Positions 27,471 through 32,000 of a stretch of DNA of 32,000 nt are shown here, piece by piece. Positions within the stretch are counted from its first letter, which is position 1; each line of letters begins with the position of its first letter. Below the pieces are notes generated by a model that worked only from the letters and a program-made list of their open reading frames with translations, searched no databases and was not told where the DNA came from. Source of the stretch: Longivirga aurantiaca (GTDB lineage: Bacteria; Actinomycetota; Actinomycetes; S36-B12; CAIYMF01); NCBI RefSeq assembly GCF_042660085.1, contig NZ_JBHSTI010000008.1, positions 2,325,604 through 2,357,603 of the forward strand, in the 5' to 3' direction. Made by a program: the position numbers and the translations under genes.

Positions 27471-29201
27471 CTAGCGCCTGCCGACGGCCCAGGCCCGGAT
27501 GCGGTCGAGCCGGGCCTGGAGCTCGGCCGCGCTCGCCCGGGGCACCTCGGGCCCGCCGCACATCCGGCGCAGGTCGGCGTGCACCGAGGCCTGCGAGGTG
27601 CCGGTCTGCCGGGCGTAGGCGCTCACGCAGGAGGCGAGCTCCTTCTTGAGCGCCTTGACGTCGACGGGGGCGGCCGCCTTCGGCTCGTCCTTGGCCGGCT
27701 TCTTCGTGCCGCGGGCGGAGCGGAGCAGGTCGTGCACCTGGTCGGCGTCGAGCAGGCCGGGGATCCCGAGGAACTCCTCCTCCTCGGCTGTGCCCGGCGT
27801 GACGCCGGTGCCGAACTCGCCGCCGTCGAACAGGACGCGGTCGAAAGTGGCCTCGCTCTCGAGGGCCTCGAAGCTCAGCTGGTCGTCGACGAGGAGGTCG
27901 GCGGTGCTCCGCTCGGCGAGGGCCTGGGCGACGAGGATGTCCTCCTCGCTCCAGGTGCCGTCGAGGCGCTTGCCGAGGGCGTGGTCGCGCTCCTCCTCGA
28001 GCTCTCCGGCGAGGCGCAGCAGCAGCGGCACGCTCGGCAGGAAGACGCTCGCGGTCTCCCCCCGCTTGCGGGCCCGCACGAACCGGCCGACCGCCTGCGC
28101 GAAGAACAGCGGAGTGGAGGTGGACGTCGCGTAGACGCCCACCATGAGGCGCGGGACGTCGACGCCCTCGCTGACCATGCGGACGGCGACCATCCACCGG
28201 TCGTTGCTCTCGCCGAAGGCCGTGATCTTCTCGCCGGCCTTCGGGTCGTCCGACAGCACGACGGTCGGCTTGTGACCGGTGATGCCGTGCAGCAGCTTGG
28301 AGTACGCGCGGGCCTTGGTCTGGTCGCTGGCGATCACGAGGCCGCCGGCGTCGGGCACGTGCTTGCGCACCTCGGTGAGGCGTCGGTCGGCGGCGCGCAG
28401 CACCTGCGGGATCCACTCGCCCTGCGGGTCGAGGGCGGTGCGCCAGGCCTGCTGGGTGACGTCCTTGGCCTGGTCTGCGCCGAGGACCGCGGCGACCTCG
28501 TCGCCAGCCTTCGTGCGCCAGCGCATGCGGCCGCTGTACGCCAGGAACATGACCGGGCGCACGACGTGGTCGCGCAGCGCGTCGCCGTACCCGTAGGTGG
28601 TGTCGGCGAAGCTGCGCGAGATGCCGTCGCGGCCGGGGGCGTAGGTGACGAACGGGATCGGGTTGACGTCGCTGCGGAACGGCGTGCCCGTGAGCGCGAG
28701 GCGGCGTGCCGCCGGCTCGAACGCCTCGCGGACCGACTCGCCCCACGACATCGAGTCGCCGGCGTGGTGCACCTCGTCGAGGATCACGAGGGTCTTGCGG
28801 TCCTCGACGCGACGTCGGTAGAGCAGCGTGTTGGCCGCGACGCCGGCGTACGTGACCGCGATCCCGAGGAAGTCGCTGCTCGTGGTGCCGCGCGCGCCGG
28901 AGAACTCGGGGTCGAGCGGGATGCCGACCTTCTTCGCCGCCTCCGCCCACTGCGTCTTCAGGTGCTCGGTGGGGGCGACCACGACGATGCGCTCGACCAC
29001 GCGCCGGTCGAGCAGCTCCGAGGCGAGGCGCAGGGCGTACGTCGTCTTCCCGGCACCGGGGGTCGCGACGGTGAGGAAGTCGCGCGGCTGGCGCGCGAGG
29101 TACTCGTCGACCGCGGCCTGCTGCCACGCGCGCAGCTTCTCGGCCGCGCCTCGCGGGGCACGCGCCGGGTAGGCCGGGGAGAGGTTCGACGCGAGGGGCA
29201 T
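27471..29201 (-). CDS. SF2 DEAD/DEAH-box helicase
   Basis: 576 aa. Walker A TPGAGKT, motif II LDEVHH, motif III LTGTPFRSD, C-terminal helicase lobe (SEGVDVP). Confidence 0.9.
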   Translation of the reverse strand: MPLASNLSPAYPARAPRGAAEKLRAWQQAAVDEYLARQPRDFLTVATPGAGKTTYALRLASELLDRRVVERIVVVAPTEHLKTQWAEAAKKVGIPLDPEFSGARGTTSSDFLGIAVTYAGVAANTLLYRRRVEDRKTLVILDEVHHAGDSMSWGESVREAFEPAARRLALTGTPFRSDVNPIPFVTYAPGRDGISRSFADTTYGYGDALRDHVVRPVMFLAYSGRMRWRTKAGDEVAAVLGADQAKDVTQQAWRTALDPQGEWIPQVLRAADRRLTEVRKHVPDAGGLVIASDQTKARAYSKLLHGITGHKPTVVLSDDPKAGEKITAFGESNDRWMVAVRMVSEGVDVPRLMVGVYATSTSTPLFFAQAVGRFVRARKRGETASVFLPSVPLLLRLAGELEEERDHALGKRLDGTWSEEDILVAQALAERSTADLLVDDQLSFEALESEATFDRVLFDGGEFGTGVTPGTAEEEEFLGIPGLLDADQVHDLLRSARGTKKPAKDEPKAAAPVDVKALKKELASCVSAYARQTGTSQASVHADLRRMCGGPEVPRASAAELQARLDRIRAWAVGRR

Positions 29202-29210
29202 AGGGCGGTG

Positions 29211-29216
29211 AGCCTA
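29211..29216 (-). promoter_or_regulatory. Candidate -10 box TAGGCT upstream of the helicase ATG
   Basis: On the minus strand, CCTAGGCT-CACCGCCCT-ATG(29201). Confidence 0.3.
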
Positions 29217-29301
29217 GGCGAGTCCGGCGCCCGACATGCCGCCCCGGGTGGTGGGCGTGTCACCCCCGCGACGTGCTAACGGACCCCGCGCGAGTCGGCC
29301 G

Positions 29302-30612
29302 TCAGCCGCCCGCGGGCGCCAGCGTGGGGCGGCCGATCCGGGTCGCCAGGACCGCGCCGACCGCCGCGACGCCACCCATGAGCAGCCAGATCTCGGCGAA
29401 GGTCCACCCGGTGACCGCGTCGGCGGCCACGGCCGCGGCGTAGATGGCACCGGCCGCTCCGATGAGCATGACGGAGCCGACCGAGTCGCACACCTGCAGG
29501 GCCGCGGAGTTGACGCCCTGGTCCTGCGGCTCGGACAGCTCGAGGGTGAGGGTGGCGATCGCGCCGAAGCACAGGCCCATGCCCGAGGCGCCGACGAGCC
29601 AGGAGATGCCGCCCACCCACCACGGCACCGACTCCACCATCGACAGCGGCATCGACAGCATGCAGAGCGCGACGAGCACCGCCCCGGCCTGCACGAGGGC
29701 CGAGCGCGGCACGCGGCCGTAGAGCCGGCCCTGCGCCTGCGAGCCGAGCGCCCAGCCGATCGCGCCGACCGTGAGCACGAGGCCGGCCTGGGCCGTCGAG
29801 ACGCCGCGCACCGTCTGCAGCGCGAGCGGGACGAACGCCTCACCCGCGAAGAAGGTGCCGGCGAGCAGGCCGCGCATCATGACCACGGTCGGGAGACCGC
29901 GCGCGAACCGGAGGGCGCCGCGCGGCAGGAGGCGGTCGAGGGCGGGGAGCACCAGGGCGAGCCCGACCACGGCGAGCACCAGGCCGGCGACGCCGAGGCG
30001 GGTGCCGGCCTCCTGGAGCATCGCGAGGCCGGCGGCTGCGACGAGCGCGAGCCGCAGCCGTCCGCGGCGCGGCGGCGCACCGCTCTCACCGAGCGAGCCG
30101 CCCAGCCGGCCGAGCCGCGGGGCCATCACCAGCATGGGCGGCAGCACGAGCACCGGGACGACGAGGAACACCGCGCGCCACGACACCTGGTCGGTGAGGA
30201 AGCCGGCGATGACCGGCCCGATGATCGCCGGCAGCACCCAGGCGGCAGCGAGCAGCGCGAACGCCTTGGGGCGCAGGTCGTCCGGGTACTGGCGCCCGAT
30301 GACGACGTACACCGCCACGATGGCCATGCCGCCGCCGAGGCCCTGCACGAGCCGTCCGGCCACGAGCACGGGCATCGCCCAGGCCAGGCCCGCGACGACC
30401 GCGCCGAGGCCGAAGAGGGAGACGCCGATCAGCAGCGCGGGGCGCGGGCCCGACCGGTCGCACCACTCCCCCGCCGCCACCATCGCGACGAGGCTGGCCA
30501 CGACGTACCCGTTGAACGCCCACGAGTAGGCGCCGAGCCCGTCGAGCGCTCGCGCGACGACAGGCATGGCCGTGGCGACGCCGATGCCCTCGAACGCGAA
30601 CATCGTCATCAC
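29302..30612 (-). CDS. MFS transporter (drug:H+ antiporter-like); true N-terminus probably lies further upstream
   Basis: ORF 29302..30612 starts at the first GTG. Coding-like sequence in the same frame continues to 30843 with no ATG/GTG/TTG (see findings). Confidence 0.8.
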   Translation of the reverse strand: MMTMFAFEGIGVATAMPVVARALDGLGAYSWAFNGYVVASLVAMVAAGEWCDRSGPRPALLIGVSLFGLGAVVAGLAWAMPVLVAGRLVQGLGGGMAIVAVYVVIGRQYPDDLRPKAFALLAAAWVLPAIIGPVIAGFLTDQVSWRAVFLVVPVLVLPPMLVMAPRLGRLGGSLGESGAPPRRGRLRLALVAAAGLAMLQEAGTRLGVAGLVLAVVGLALVLPALDRLLPRGALRFARGLPTVVMMRGLLAGTFFAGEAFVPLALQTVRGVSTAQAGLVLTVGAIGWALGSQAQGRLYGRVPRSALVQAGAVLVALCMLSMPLSMVESVPWWVGGISWLVGASGMGLCFGAIATLTLELSEPQDQGVNSAALQVCDSVGSVMLIGAAGAIYAAAVAADAVTGWTFAEIWLLMGGVAAVGAVLATRIGRPTLAPAGG

Positions 30613-30839
30613 GGTGACGATGCCGACGGTGAAGGCCCGGTGCTGGGCGCTGAACAGCCCGTCGCTCGCGGTCGCTGGGGCGTCTGCCGGCTGCTCCGGC
30701 TCAGGCAGGGGCGCGGCGTGGCTCGGACGAGGTGCGTGCGCAGGGGCGTGCGGCGGCTCGTACGGCGTCGAGGTGGCCGAGACGTCCTCGACGTACTCGC
30801 CCGGGGTGTCGCGGTCGGCGTCGTCCCCCCGGACGGAGG

Positions 30840-31160
30840 TCAGGACCCGTCCTTGCCGTCGCCCTTGTCCTTCTTCTTGTCAGGGATGCCCTCGTAGATG
30901 CGCTTGCAGTCGGGGCAGACGGGGAACTTGTTCGGGTCGCGGCCCGGCACCCAGACCTTGCCGCACAGTGCGATCACGGGTGCGCCGGTGACGGCGGACT
31001 CGACGATCTTGTCCTTCTTCACGTAGTGCGCGAAGCGCTCGTGGTCGCCGTCGCTGAACTGCGTGTCGGGCCGGTCCTCGACGAGCGTGCCGAGACCGGT
31101 GTCGGGCTCGGCGAGAGGCAGGGGCTCGAGGTCCGGAGGCATCGTCGACATGCCGGTCAT
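30840..31160 (-). CDS. DUF3039 domain protein
   Basis: ORF 30840..31208. Conserved core HERFAHYVKKDKIVESAVTGAPVIALCGKVWVPGRDPNKFPVCPDCKRIY. Start ambiguous: ATG 31160, 31151 (TACGAT box 7 nt upstream) or 31142. Confidence 0.8.
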   Translation of the reverse strand: MTGMSTMPPDLEPLPLAEPDTGLGTLVEDRPDTQFSDGDHERFAHYVKKDKIVESAVTGAPVIALCGKVWVPGRDPNKFPVCPDCKRIYEGIPDKKKDKGDGKDGS

Positions 31161-31200
31161 CGTACGACCGCCGCACCGCGCCCGTCCCCGCCGATCCCCC

Positions 31201-31242
31201 GCCTGCATTCACCGGCCTGCATTCACCGGCCTGCATTCACCC
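31201..31242. repeat. Three tandem copies of a 14-bp unit GCCTGCATTCACC(G/C)
   Basis: 31201..31214 and 31215..31228 are identical; 31229..31242 differs only at its last base. Lies in the DUF3039 upstream region. Confidence 0.9.
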
Positions 31243-31352
31243 GCAGAGGACAGGATCCGCCCTTCACGGGCGTGTTCTGTCCGTTCTCGCCGCATCTGGT
31301 CGGGCGCCGCTGACGCGCGGCGCGGTACGCCGGCGCGATCGGCGTACGACGG

Positions 31353-31943
31353 TCAGTTCAGCGACGGGTCGACCGAGGGCGTGGCGAGGAAGGCGAGATC
31401 GCCGGGCTGGCGGCGCAGCACACGGTGCCAGAGGTCGGCAGTATCGCTGGCGAAGACGTCGTCCGAGCCGCCGTCCACGACGTACCAGTCGCCGCGCGCG
31501 ATCTCGTCGGCGAGCTGGCCCTCGGCCCACCCGGCGTACCCCGCGAAGATGCGGACGGCCGAGAGCGTGGACGCCGCGCCGTCCGGGTCGATGTCGAGGT
31601 CGACGAGCCCGTAGGGCCCCGCGACGCGGCGGAAGCCGTCCGGCTCCGGGCCGTCGACCGGGCCGGGCAGGAGCGCGAGGCCGAGGGCGCTGTCCTCGGC
31701 GACCGGTCCGCCGTCGAAGACGACGTCGGCCCCGGTGGTGCGTCCGTCCCAGCTCGGCAGCACCGCGCCGACGGGCACATGCGAGGGGCGGTTGAGCACG
31801 ACGCCGAGGGTGCCGTCCTCGTCGTGGTCGAGCAGGAACACGACGGTGCGCGCGAAGTTGGGGTCGGTCATCGCCGGGGCGGCGACGAGCAGGCGGCCCG
31901 CGTGGGGCAGCGCCGGGGGCACGTCCAGGGGCTCGAGCGTCAC
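31353..31943 (-). CDS. YqgE/AlgH-family protein (UPF0301)
   Basis: 196 aa. LLVAAPAMTDPNFARTVVFLLDHDEDGTLGVVLNRP... and FAGYAGWAEGQLADEI are typical of the family. GTG start at 31943. Confidence 0.85.
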   Translation of the reverse strand: MTLEPLDVPPALPHAGRLLVAAPAMTDPNFARTVVFLLDHDEDGTLGVVLNRPSHVPVGAVLPSWDGRTTGADVVFDGGPVAEDSALGLALLPGPVDGPEPDGFRRVAGPYGLVDLDIDPDGAASTLSAVRIFAGYAGWAEGQLADEIARGDWYVVDGGSDDVFASDTADLWHRVLRRQPGDLAFLATPSVDPSLN

Positions 31944-32000
31944 CCGCCCAGCATGCCAAACGTCCCGCCTCCGGGTGACCGGTGATACACGTCACTGTCT

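Overview
High-GC (about 70% by eye) actinobacterial chromosomal segment. It is densely coding, with about 34 protein genes and one tRNA-Leu(UAG). I saw no transposase, integrase, IS ends or CRISPR array. All calls rest on ORF translations, motifs recalled from memory and hand-checked coordinates; no database search was possible.

The backbone is a housekeeping block on the minus strand: clpS, DUF2017, mec, cysO, cysM, murI, an MBL-fold hydrolase, rph and rdgB. As I recall it, this order matches the M. tuberculosis Rv1331-Rv1341 neighbourhood.

The most interesting content is a plus-strand cassette between mec and the DUF2017 gene. It holds a xanthorhodopsin/proteorhodopsin-type microbial rhodopsin (9165..9992) with a DTE proton-pump motif, the Schiff-base lysine and an antenna-permissive glycine. 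Next to it is a Brp/Blh-type beta-carotene dioxygenase frame (10131..11126) interrupted by a single in-frame TAA at 10392..10394. A perfect 17-bp hairpin separates the two genes.

The left end carries a CstR-like (CsoR-family, His-less) repressor in an operon with a CoA-disulfide reductase-rhodanese fusion. A perfect 10-2-10 palindromic operator lies in the divergent promoter shared with an MFS gene.

Other genes:
- a class V aminotransferase
- a secreted GH18 hydrolase
- a hypothetical + GNAT pair
- a GH1 beta-glucosidase + MFS pair
- an RDD/DUF2510 protein
- Lrp and IclR regulators
- a PBP4-type DD-peptidase
- HdeD
- a polar amino-acid ABC transporter
- an SF2 helicase
- an MFS gene with no canonical start codon for its first transmembrane helix
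- DUF3039
- YqgE/AlgH

A recurring TANNNT box 6-9 nt upstream of start codons suggests many leaderless transcripts, and I used it to choose several starts. Long Arg/Pro/Gly-rich alternative-frame ORFs are treated as high-GC shadow ORFs.
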